DNA of 64,000 nucleotides from a virus (Duplodnaviria; Caudoviricetes): IMG/VR virus record IMGVR_UViG_2660238657_000001, positions 64,001 to 128,000 of that record; one strand, 5' to 3'. Shown piece by piece: positions 41,167 to 49,832 of this stretch (position 1 is its first letter; each line of letters starts with the position of its first letter). The notes under the pieces were generated by a model. It saw only the letters and a program-made list of their open reading frames with translations, ran no database searches and was not told where the DNA came from. The position numbers and the translations under genes were made by a program.

Positions 41167-42426
41167 TTATATATTATAATCCAACCAATCTAATAATAAT
41201 TTTCTCATTCTTGCAGATGGTATATATAAATTAATAGGCTGTTTAACTCTTATTGCACTTCTAAATAACCACTGCAAAAGCTCAGATAATGCCCAAATAT
41301 CTTCATTAACATTTATTCCTTTATCCTCAAAAAATCCTCTATCAATTGGATTTAAAAATCTATTAACTAGATAAGAACAACAATTTTTATGTACATATTC
41401 ATTCGTTGATCTTGAATTGACTGGAATAAACCCTCTTGTATATCCTTTACCTGTTAAAGCCAATCTAATAGTATCTTTTTTACCTTCATTCCCTTTTAAG
41501 GTAGTCCACATATTAAACTTACTTTTAGAATTAATTATATTATTAAAATAATTATATGTATGATTTTTTAAAATAGTTATATTTTTATTCCTTAATGCTT
41601 TAGTCAACCAACTTTTAGATAATGAATAAGTATCATCACCTATGGAATTTAAATTACCTTCATATATATTTATAAGATTTTTATAAATTTCTCTATTATC
41701 TAATTTTATATTATAATCACATAGTTCATATGTATTTGTACCATCTTTTAATTTAACAGAAAAATATTTATATTTAATATTATACATATCAAAATAATAT
41801 TTCTGGAGCTGTCCATCAAACATATATGTAAGATTAAATACCTCCTTGAATGATTTAAAAACTTCGATTGGGAAAGTCCAAACCAACAATATTTTATTTT
41901 TGGTGTCGCTACTTCTGGTATGTAAATATAAATTATTGCTATCTGCAAGAGTTTTAAGTTTATGAAATTTTCCTGTATACTCAGGATCAGTCCACATAAT
42001 TTTATTTGTACCTATTTCAACTTTAATTTTATTTTGACTAACTAACATATTCCAATCATCGTTAGATATAATTAAATTTTCAGTGACGTTTATTACCTCA
42101 TCTAAAATTAGAGTATAATTGTTATATTTAATTTTATCTAATATATCCGTATTGATTCGAGTAAATAAATTATGTGTACTTACAATATTTTTTCCTTGTG
42201 TAAGTAGATTTTCAAAATCTTTATACTTAGAACCCTCCCCTCCTGCAAGAGTTGGTTCGTAAAATTTTCTAGTGGTCACACTCTTTTTAACCCTATCAAC
42301 TTCTTTCAAAAATGGTGTAATATAGATAAATTTATTTTCAATAACATTACTATTATTCATCATTTGTATTGCATATTGAGTTTTACCCGCTCCGCATATA
42401 GCATCTATTATGTTTATTTTACTCAT
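41167..42426 (-). CDS. Compact SF2/DEAD-like helicase-fold ATPase
   Basis: DAICGAGKT (Walker A), LILDEV (Walker B), LTYMF, SELLQWLFRSAIR. Confidence 0.75.
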   Translation of the reverse strand: MSKINIIDAICGAGKTQYAIQMMNNSNVIENKFIYITPFLKEVDRVKKSVTTRKFYEPTLAGGEGSKYKDFENLLTQGKNIVSTHNLFTRINTDILDKIKYNNYTLILDEVINVTENLIISNDDWNMLVSQNKIKVEIGTNKIMWTDPEYTGKFHKLKTLADSNNLYLHTRSSDTKNKILLVWTFPIEVFKSFKEVFNLTYMFDGQLQKYYFDMYNIKYKYFSVKLKDGTNTYELCDYNIKLDNREIYKNLINIYEGNLNSIGDDTYSLSKSWLTKALRNKNITILKNHTYNYFNNIINSKSKFNMWTTLKGNEGKKDTIRLALTGKGYTRGFIPVNSRSTNEYVHKNCCSYLVNRFLNPIDRGFFEDKGINVNEDIWALSELLQWLFRSAIRVKQPINLYIPSARMRKLLLDWLDYNI

Positions 42427-42562
42427 AAATAACCTCCTAAATGTTTATTTTAATTTAATTTTACAGTTTAAAACCTTAACACACCAATTCTATCACCTCC
42501 TTAAACTGTCGTTAAAAGGTAGCTTTTATGGCTTATAAGCTACCTTTTGGATTATTTATATT

Positions 42563-42844
42563 TTATTCCACTCCTGATTCAAGCATACTTAATTCTTGTA
42601 AGATGTCCGTTTTTCTCGAATCTGCATAAGTAGTATTTTTATTTTCTAATTTTAAAAGTTCTTTTTTTAGTTGTATCCAATTTTCTAAACTAGTCAAACT
42701 TGAAAAATGAATTATTTTATGTTCATATGGATTTTTAGCATCTGGCTAAATATTATAAGTACCATTATTTTTCCCTTCTACAGTATCCCAACAAGCCCCG
42801 ATAATCTCTAAATTATTTGTAATTTTTTCTATTTTATTATTCAT
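42563..42844 (-). pseudogene. 93-codon gene with internal TAG at 42746-42748
   Basis: Strong promoter and AAGGGG RBS; frame open on both sides of the stop (GTYNI*PDAKNPYEH). Confidence 0.65.
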
Positions 42845-43208
42845 TTTTATTTCCCCTTTACCAATTTATTTTTTTATCTTTATCTTACAATATTTATTAT
42901 ACTCTTTGGAGTATAAACTGTCAATACTTTTTTAAAATATATTTTAATTAATTTGTATTTATACATAATTTTATAATACGCTCTATATTTAAGTTATAAG
43001 ACGTTTTAAAGTCTAAAGGTATAAATACTCTAAGATATAATTTAAAGTGCTTTATATGCTAAATTAGAGAGTTATTTTATAGTAGATTAGATATAATAAA
43101 ATAGAGACAACTAGTTAACTATCTCTATTTTTGTTTATACTATTTAATATTATGTTTACTTACAATTTCATTTATCTCATTTCTTGTTTAATTAGTTTGT
43201 ACTAAACA

Positions 43209-43775
43209 TTAGCTTAATTGATTATCAAACACATTCAAGTTTATATGTAGCTTATTGACCACATCTTCCTGTATGTATTCGTATATGCCTTGTATGTCCA
43301 TTTGTTCCCCTGTGAATTGTTCGTCTAGTAATTGAAATTCTGTAATAGCATTATCTTCGTAAATATTTTTTGTTGTATCTACTGTAACAATAGAAATTTG
43401 ATTATAAAATAAGTTATGTAGCTCTTGCAATAACTGTTTATTATAATTAAATTTGAATAATGGAATAACCCATTCGCCATCTGTTTGGTTGTTTGTATCT
43501 GTTAAAACTAGATTGTAAGTATTAGTGTTCTTATCGTATTCAACATATTTACAGTTCATAAATTGAATACGTTCGTTAGATTTTGTTTGTGGCAATGTTG
43601 GTATTATGTGCTTAGTTCGGTTGATGTGGTCTGGCTTTATAGTTGTTGCATTGCTAGTTACCTGTGTTTGTTCCTGTGCTTTTGCTGTATTGTTAGTAAA
43701 TGCTCCTGTTGTAAATATAGATATTGCTACTAAAACACCTGACACTATTTTCTTAAAATTGATTTTGTTAAACAT
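43209..43775 (-). CDS. Secreted protein with Sec signal peptide
   Basis: Basic N-terminus, hydrophobic core, AKA cleavage motif. Confidence 0.7.
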   Translation of the reverse strand: MFNKINFKKIVSGVLVAISIFTTGAFTNNTAKAQEQTQVTSNATTIKPDHINRTKHIIPTLPQTKSNERIQFMNCKYVEYDKNTNTYNLVLTDTNNQTDGEWVIPLFKFNYNKQLLQELHNLFYNQISIVTVDTTKNIYEDNAITEFQLLDEQFTGEQMDIQGIYEYIQEDVVNKLHINLNVFDNQLS

Positions 43776-43827
43776 ATTAATCTCTCCCTTTTGATTTAAG
43801 TTTATATTTTGATTTAATTTATTTGTA

Positions 43828-43995
43828 TTATATAAATTGATAAGTAAAAATTTCTGAATGATGCTGGTTAATGTAAGTGCGTAATAATGAAGCTTGAATT
43901 GTAATTACTTCTTTAGTTTTAAGAATTACTTTAGCCATTTTAACTTCTTCTTCCTTTACTGCTGTTCTGAATTTATAGCTCCAATTATTACACAT
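43828..43995 (-). CDS. Small protein, 55 aa (not in ORF track)
   Basis: AAGGGG RBS; MCNNWSYKFRTAVKEEEVKMAKVILKTKEVITIQASLLRTYINQHHSEIFTYQFI. Confidence 0.5.
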   Translation of the reverse strand: MCNNWSYKFRTAVKEEEVKMAKVILKTKEVITIQASLLRTYINQHHSEIFTYQFI

Positions 43996-44283
43996 TTTAT
44001 CTATCCCCTTTAGTTTAAATTTTAATTAGTTTGTTTTATGCTTGAATTGTTTTCTTGCTACAAATACATAATAACATATTAAAACTATATCGTCAAGAGT
44101 ATATTTAAAATTATTGATATAAATTAATTAATTGTTATTAGCGACATATATTTTCATATTATATGTAAGAGTATACAGCATATAAATCTAATCTAATATA
44201 TACTGTATACGTAAAGCTAGGATTATATTAATAGTAAAATTTATCATATTGTTATTTTTGATCCGATTTTTTATTTAACTCCT

Positions 44284-44496
44284 TTATCTTTTATAATATT
44301 TGTTTCTTAGTTCTTCTTGTTCTTCTTTTCTAGCTAAAACATCCTGCTTAAGATATATACCTTTTTTTACTGCTATAAGCTTACCCGTTCTATTCATATC
44401 GGACAAACGTTGTTTAGATATACCTAAACACTCTACTACTTCTTTAGATTCCATTGTATTGTCTTGTATTAGTTTAATAAGTTCTGCTCTATCCAT
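44284..44496 (-). CDS. Excisionase/MerR-like HTH protein (cassette A regulator)
   Basis: ESKEVVECLGISKQRLSDMNRTGKL. Confidence 0.8.
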   Translation of the reverse strand: MDRAELIKLIQDNTMESKEVVECLGISKQRLSDMNRTGKLIAVKKGIYLKQDVLARKEEQEELRNKYYKR

Positions 44497-44516
44497 TTTA
44501 AGTACCTCCTATTTTT

Positions 44517-44628
44517 CTAAATAAAAACTGATTTGAATATTAAAAATAATAAGAATCCTATAACACAAAGTTTAACTAAGATTTTTAAAATTAAGATAGT
44601 ACACTCTTTATATACATTTTTTTTTCAT
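44517..44628 (-). pseudogene. Hydrophobic peptide of cassette A, frameshifted in an A9 run
   Basis: With A8 it reads MKKNVYKECTILILKILVKLCVIGFLLFLIFKSVFI, similar to the cassette B second peptide. Confidence 0.5.
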
Positions 44629-44934
44629 TTAATCCATCCACCCTTTTTCCTTACTCACTATATTTATATTATATCATCTGTACGTAATAGGTAAATAGGT
44701 ATTATGGGAAAATTATATAATTTTGCAAAAAAAAATAAACCTTGTATTAAACAAGGTTTCAAAATTTTAATATATATTATATTCTATTATAGTTTTAAAA
44801 ATATCTTTTGTTGTTGCTATTGCAAAAGCTGGTATTAATTTAGTTATTTTTATAATGTCAAAGTTTATTTGTTTGATGTTCTCTTTTATTATACTGACAA
44901 ATAATATATATAAGCTATAACGATAAGTATACTA

Positions 44935-45082
44935 TCATTTATAGTGCATAAGACAAAAATTAATGATAGTTAGTATAAGAGATATCAGAGTAAGTACAAA
45001 ACTAACCAAAGTTAATTGTGAACTACCACCACTTATAGAAGATAGTGGCTTCTACTAGTTTCGTTAAATTTTTATCATCCAT
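44935..45082 (-). pseudogene. Hydrophobic peptide gene interrupted by 46-bp mini-IS
   Basis: Removing 45018-45063 gives MDDKNLKLTLVSFVLTLISLILTIINFCLMHYK with AGAAAGG RBS. Confidence 0.55.
45018..45063 (-). mobile_element. 46-bp IS200/IS605-derived miniature element (single hairpin)
   Basis: TTTAA target then CGAAACTAGTAGAAGCCACTATCTTCTATAAGTGGTGGTAGTTCAC; ends in TTCAC like the 15.5-kb element. Confidence 0.7.
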
Positions 45083-45119
45083 TTAATCACAACCTTTCTT
45101 TTATATACAAAAATAATGA

Positions 45120-45326
45120 TTAATCCATTTTTTTGCTATTTAGAATTTTTTTCATCCCATCTATTGTAATTAACCACACACGACCAGTTTTTCTATAGTC
45201 TTCACCTTCAATTAGACCATGCATTCCTCTTTGACATATAGTTTTTAGAGTATTTATATTTATATCAAATTTTTCACTCGCTTCTTTTGTGTCCATTATA
45301 TCGTTTATATCGAACTTCTTAGTCAT
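45120..45326 (-). CDS. HTH protein (cassette B regulator)
   Basis: IMDTKEASEKFDININTLK..C...DYRKTGRVWLIT. Confidence 0.85.
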   Translation of the reverse strand: MTKKFDINDIMDTKEASEKFDININTLKTICQRGMHGLIEGEDYRKTGRVWLITIDGMKKILNSKKMD

Positions 45327-45339
45327 TTAAAATTTCCTC

Positions 45340-45429
45340 CTATTTAAAAATTATCAAATAAATTAGTAATGCTATTATCATTAGTTTAAATACTATACTA
45401 CATATTAATTTAAATTTTTCTTTTATCAT
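45340..45429 (-). CDS. Cassette B peptide 2, 29 aa hydrophobic
   Basis: MIKEKFKLICSIVFKLMIIALLIYLIIFK; stop overlaps RBS of HTH gene. Confidence 0.6.
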   Translation of the reverse strand: MIKEKFKLICSIVFKLMIIALLIYLIIFK

Positions 45430-45490
45430 TGCATATCAATGGTTGAAATAATATAATATATATAGGAGGGATTAAACCCTCCCACTAATA

Positions 45491-45595
45491 TTAACTAAAA
45501 ATTTTAATTAATATTAGCTTGATAATATATATTTTTGTTAGTAGCTTAATGACTATTGCGAGTAGTTCATTAAGCTTTTTTATTTTTTCAACCAT
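45491..45595 (-). CDS. Cassette B peptide 1, 34 aa (type I toxin-like)
   Basis: AAGGAGGTG RBS; MVEKIKKLNELLAIVIKLLTKIYIIKLILIKIFS; promoter TTGACT-17-TATAAT at 45629-45657. Confidence 0.7.
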   Translation of the reverse strand: MVEKIKKLNELLAIVIKLLTKIYIIKLILIKIFS

Positions 45596-45786
45596 TTTTC
45601 CACCTCCTTTCCTTTACCTTATGTATATATTATATCACCGCATAAGGTGAAAGTCAAGTATATTTTAGGAAATTTTTATAATATTTTAAAAAATTTATAA
45701 ATATAAAAACACCTCCTAATTGTTTATACCAAAATGGTTTCACAAATAAGAGGTGTCACATATATATACGAAGTCCAGAGATATAT

Positions 45787-45966
45787 TTACTTTTTTAGTG
45801 AATTTTCCTTTTCTTTAATAAGTTGTTTAAGTTCTTTTAAGTCTTCCAATGTTGCTTTATTTTTTATAAAACTTCTAGCTGTAGACCTATCCCTTAGATA
45901 TCTAGTACGCTCTCTATTTTTTTCTTGCCACTTTTTATTGGCTTCAGTCTGTTTGTTTGTTTCCAT
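45787..45966 (-). CDS. Small basic helical protein, 59 aa (cassette C putative regulator)
   Basis: AGAAAGGTG RBS; METNKQTEANKKWQEKNRERTRYLRDRSTARSFIKNKATLEDLKELKQLIKEKENSLKK. Confidence 0.75.
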   Translation of the reverse strand: METNKQTEANKKWQEKNRERTRYLRDRSTARSFIKNKATLEDLKELKQLIKEKENSLKK

Positions 45967-45968
45967 GA

Positions 45969-46100
45969 TTACACCTTTCTATTTTTGTATTTAAAGTACA
46001 TAACAACTAATATAATTGTAATTATTGTTTTTAATATTAAGTTTTTTACAAAGATAACATTGAAAACTGCTAAACTTATTATTAATTTTCTTGTATTCAT
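45969..46100 (-). CDS. Cassette C peptide 2, 43 aa hydrophobic
   Basis: MNTRKLIISLAVFNVIFVKNLILKTIITIILVVMYFKYKNRKV. Confidence 0.6.
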   Translation of the reverse strand: MNTRKLIISLAVFNVIFVKNLILKTIITIILVVMYFKYKNRKV

Positions 46101-46160
46101 ATTGTTTAAATGTTAGAATAACTTCATGAGGTGAGATTATAAAGATTAAGGGGAAATCCC

Positions 46161-46259
46161 CTAATCTTTATCAATGTAAGTTAAAACTGCGATTACTGTT
46201 GTTATTAGTGTGCAAACTATACTGACAACAGTTTGAAATATTTGAAGTTGTTCTAACAT
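46161..46259 (-). CDS. Cassette C peptide 1, 32 aa (type I toxin-like)
   Basis: AAGGAGGTG RBS; MLEQLQIFQTVVSIVCTLITTVIAVLTYIDKD; promoter TTGACT-17-TATAAT at 46287-46315. Confidence 0.7.
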   Translation of the reverse strand: MLEQLQIFQTVVSIVCTLITTVIAVLTYIDKD

Positions 46260-46536
46260 TCGATCTCACCTCCTTTCTATACTTATATTATACTATCGAT
46301 AGTATAAAAAGTCAATACTTTTTTAGGATTTTATTTAATTTTTTCCAAATATTGATAAATAAAAATACCTCCCATTTCTGTATCGGAAAAACTTACACAA
46401 ATAAGAGGTATTTTATATAGATATAAAGTCTATAGGTATGATATATTTAATATTTTAGCAAATATAGTGATTGTATGTTACATACGTAAAATCAGGGTTA
46501 TATTAATAGTTTTAATAATAGATTGTAATATACAAT

Positions 46537-46644
46537 TTACTTAATAAAAGTTTGATAAATAGCGTACAAAGATATTATTAAGAAAGCTATTAATCCTATA
46601 AGTCGTATGATTCTAATAGCTAAATCCTTGCATAAATTTTTCAT
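46537..46644 (-). CDS. Cassette D peptide 2, 35 aa hydrophobic
   Basis: MKNLCKDLAIRIIRLIGLIAFLIISLYAIYQTFIK. Confidence 0.6.
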   Translation of the reverse strand: MKNLCKDLAIRIIRLIGLIAFLIISLYAIYQTFIK

Positions 46645-46718
46645 ATTGATTAATGAGGGAAAAATATGATATACTTTTTTTATAAGGGATTAAGGTGTTA
46701 GCTTAACCCCTTATGTAA

Positions 46719-46865
46719 TTAATTGAATAGTTTAATTATTCCTATTATGGCTAGTATAAAAGTACTTACCCAACCCATTAAGGATATTAAACTAATCATG
46801 AGTTTCTCTAGTAGATGAATAATTTCATCTGTGAACTTGAGGAACTCTTTTATTTTCTCCCCCAT
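46719..46865 (-). CDS. Cassette D peptide 1, 48 aa (type I toxin-like)
   Basis: AAGGAGGTG RBS; MGEKIKEFLKFTDEIIHLLEKLMISLISLMGWVSTFILAIIGIIKLFN; promoter TTGATA-17-TATAAT at 46888-46916. Confidence 0.7.
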   Translation of the reverse strand: MGEKIKEFLKFTDEIIHLLEKLMISLISLMGWVSTFILAIIGIIKLFN

Positions 46866-47082
46866 TTCCTCACCTCCTTATGTATATATTATAACATATA
46901 TGGAAAGGTTTATCAATATATATATTGTATAATTTTAATTTGTTTTCAATCAGTATAATTTTAATATTATATGTAATTGCACGCAGTATAAATCTAGTTG
47001 ACATATATAGAATTGTATATACTGCATACGTAAAATTAAGATTACATTAATAGTTTTAATAATGGAATATGACATATTTAAG

Positions 47083-47208
47083 TCAATCTTGATTAGCTTT
47101 TTTCTTTAACTCATGAACTTCCTTTTCCAAAACTTTTGTATCTTTTTTAGTTTTAGAGATAGATAGTGTAATTAAGATTAATATTAATGTTATTATTATA
47201 TATTTCAT
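47083..47208 (-). CDS. Cassette E peptide 2, 41 aa (TM plus charged tail)
   Basis: MKYIIITLILILITLSISKTKKDTKVLEKEVHELKKKANQD. Confidence 0.6.
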   Translation of the reverse strand: MKYIIITLILILITLSISKTKKDTKVLEKEVHELKKKANQD

Positions 47209-47273
47209 ATAATTAATTGTTATGGTATAATATATAGCAGATGGGGAATGGCATTTCCCCATCCATTGAGTTA

Positions 47274-47408
47274 TTAGTTTAACTCTTTTTGTTTGATTAA
47301 GGCTTCATACTTAGCTTTCTCGGCTTCGTATTTAGCCTTTTTTATTTTTAGTAATAATAAATATAAACCAAACAATCCAGTAAAAAAACTATATATTTTC
47401 AATACCAT
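47274..47408 (-). CDS. Cassette E peptide 1, 44 aa (TM plus charged tail)
   Basis: AAAGGGGTG RBS; MVLKIYSFFTGLFGLYLLLLKIKKAKYEAEKAKYEALIKQKELN; promoter TTGATA-17-TATAAT at 47443-47471. Confidence 0.7.
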   Translation of the reverse strand: MVLKIYSFFTGLFGLYLLLLKIKKAKYEAEKAKYEALIKQKELN

Positions 47409-48685
47409 AACTGTTTCACCCCTTTCTTTATCTTATGTATATATTATACCATATATGGAAACATATATCAATAAATTTATGGAATGATTTTAATTTATTT
47501 TCGTAATTATTTTGTTTGGGTAACTGAATTTAAGTAAATAGTTATGTAATGTTGAATAGGATTAAATAGAATAGTAGTATAAGTCTCATATTACTATTTG
47601 CTTATCATACTGTTATAATTATATTTATATAAAGATGTTATTTTATAATCTAAAATTATATTATTTTAAATATTTTATTTATTAATTTTTATTTTTTAAA
47701 TATTTTTATATTTATATAGATAATTAGAGTGAGATTGATTGAGATAAATGAAGATAAATGAAGATAAATAAGGATAATATATCATGGTGTAAAATTACAC
47801 TAATATAGTAAAAAGTTAAAAGTAGAGTGAAAATGGATAGAGAAGTATTTGCTTGATAATATAAGCTTTTATTTCGATATTTGCAACAAGGTAAATAAAC
47901 ACTTTCATTTTTCTATAATTACACTATATAGTAATCATTATTATATAATACAATATCTTAAATAATATTAAATGGTAATCTAAATTACATAAGAATATAA
48001 ATTCCTCTATTATTTCTATATTTATATAAAAATTATCTATTTTGTACCTAAAATTATCATAACTTTAGTACGCTAAAGCTATCTCGAACCTAGTAATACC
48101 AACGGTTTCAGAAGCTGGTCATAATTCATACAACACATAACGGTTGTTATGTCTTGAAACTTAGTAATTTACTACACTAAAGTATTTAGTATAGAGGGGC
48201 GTATTTCTCATTGTTTAGTGGGGTTCAGGCTTCAGCGTTTACCCTAGTACATCGACTCACACACTACCTAATTTTTCCAGTTACATCTCAGTTTTGAATT
48301 TAAAATTTTAAAACTTGCAAATTTTAATAAAAAGTGTATCGAAAAGTGTATCGTTAGAACCCTTACAAATAGCCACTTTTTCACTTTTTCAACTACCCTA
48401 TTTTTATCAAAAATCACTCATTTTTACCCTTTTCATACTCGCAAACTCTTATGTATCAATACTTTGAACGATATTACCTATCTTAACTCATCTCATCATT
48501 AAAAATTTGCATATCATTGACACCTCGCAAACCCTTATATATCAATACTTTAATCCACTTTTCAAACATTAAAATTTCACCTTTTACGATACAGGGTGTA
48601 TCGGTGAAAAATATAAAAATAAAATTTACGTAAAAATTAATTTTTAATAATTATATAAAAATAAAAAACACGCACACCTAAAATA

Positions 48686-49132
48686 TTATTTTACTCTAGG
48701 TATGCGTAAATTAATTGGCATATCTTCCATTAATTTATTTAGTTTGTTTATTGATATTGAGCGTTGACCATTCCTCTGCGTTTTACCTGTATTATGCCAT
48801 GCTAAATATCCTGATCCATTATATATTTCTTCTATACTGCCATCTGGTAATATTTTAATAACAATAAGATAGTCTGGTTTACTACTAATCCCTATAGATT
48901 TCCCTTGAGTTACTTTTATTTTAACAAATTTATTATCTTTTGTTTTAGCAGCATGTGTTTTAGTTGAGCAGGGTAATAGTTCTAAATCATAATAATAGGA
49001 TGCCAATACCTCACCTATACTTCCAGCTAAATGTCCATGAGGAGTGAATTTTCTTCCTTTAAAAGATGCCTCCAATACACTTACTATCGAGTAAAGTTCT
49101 TGAATTATAAATGGCATTTGTTCAATATTCAT
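48686..49132 (-). CDS. DUF6998-like protein (restriction-endonuclease-like fold, possibly degenerate)
   Basis: GRKFTP.GHL.GSIGEV.A...Y.LEL, IK.TQG, EEIYNG. Confidence 0.65.
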   Translation of the reverse strand: MNIEQMPFIIQELYSIVSVLEASFKGRKFTPHGHLAGSIGEVLASYYYDLELLPCSTKTHAAKTKDNKFVKIKVTQGKSIGISSKPDYLIVIKILPDGSIEEIYNGSGYLAWHNTGKTQRNGQRSISINKLNKLMEDMPINLRIPRVK

Positions 49133-49601
49133 GATACAATTTCTCCTATATGGTTAGATTAATATATACTAAATATAAGTTCATTATACAATAAATACAA
49201 ATTATAATAAACAAATTTTTCATAATACATCTGTATATTCCCTATCCAAATAGTCAAGAATTTAAGTATCCGTTAATTACATGAAATTTTATAAAAATAC
49301 AATAGTTTTCATGTTAAATGAAAATTCTCATTTTGTATACCTATAACCTAAAAGAGAGATTCTTAGATCTCTCTTTTTCATTTTATCAATGCATATTATA
49401 TAATTTAAAGATAATACTATTTAATGTAGAACACATAACTAAATTTAAATTTTTGTACTAGAAAATAGATGACGAAAATGATATAACAGTATTTAAAAAT
49501 CAACAACCAATATATTATAAAATAAATGGTAGTGATTATTTTTGTTACAAACTGTTATTATTATAAGTAGTCATCTATTTTTACTTTATTCTTAAATATT
49601 A

Positions 49602-49829
49602 TTAATGTATTATCAAAGTTTTTACTACTCTTTTAGTTCCGTCACAAGCTATTATTTTTAGCAAAGTATCATTTTTTACTATATTACCTACAGTTAATCC
49701 TAGTAGTGTACTATATACAATTAAATCCATTACTCTATTATTTTTTATCTTTTTACTATCTTGTTTGGCTTGTTCCCATCCTTTTTTAGAGAACTCATAA
49801 GTTTTACATCTGTTCAACATAGTTACCAC
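49602..49829 (-). CDS. Small hypothetical protein
   Basis: Last gene of FtsK module; packed operon. Confidence 0.55.
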   Translation of the reverse strand: MVTMLNRCKTYEFSKKGWEQAKQDSKKIKNNRVMDLIVYSTLLGLTVGNIVKNDTLLKIIACDGTKRVVKTLIIH

Positions 49830-49832
49830 CCT

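Noticed and set aside
45734..47487. Plus-strand ORFs 45734-45994, 45925-46116 and 47293-47487
   Set aside because: Antisense shadows of minus-strand genes that have clear promoters and RBSs
44200..47500. Arbitrium or other quorum-sensing peptide locus
   Set aside because: No TPR/RRNPP receptor or processing genes nearby, and the peptides look like whole TM helices rather than signal peptide plus mature peptide; not fully excluded
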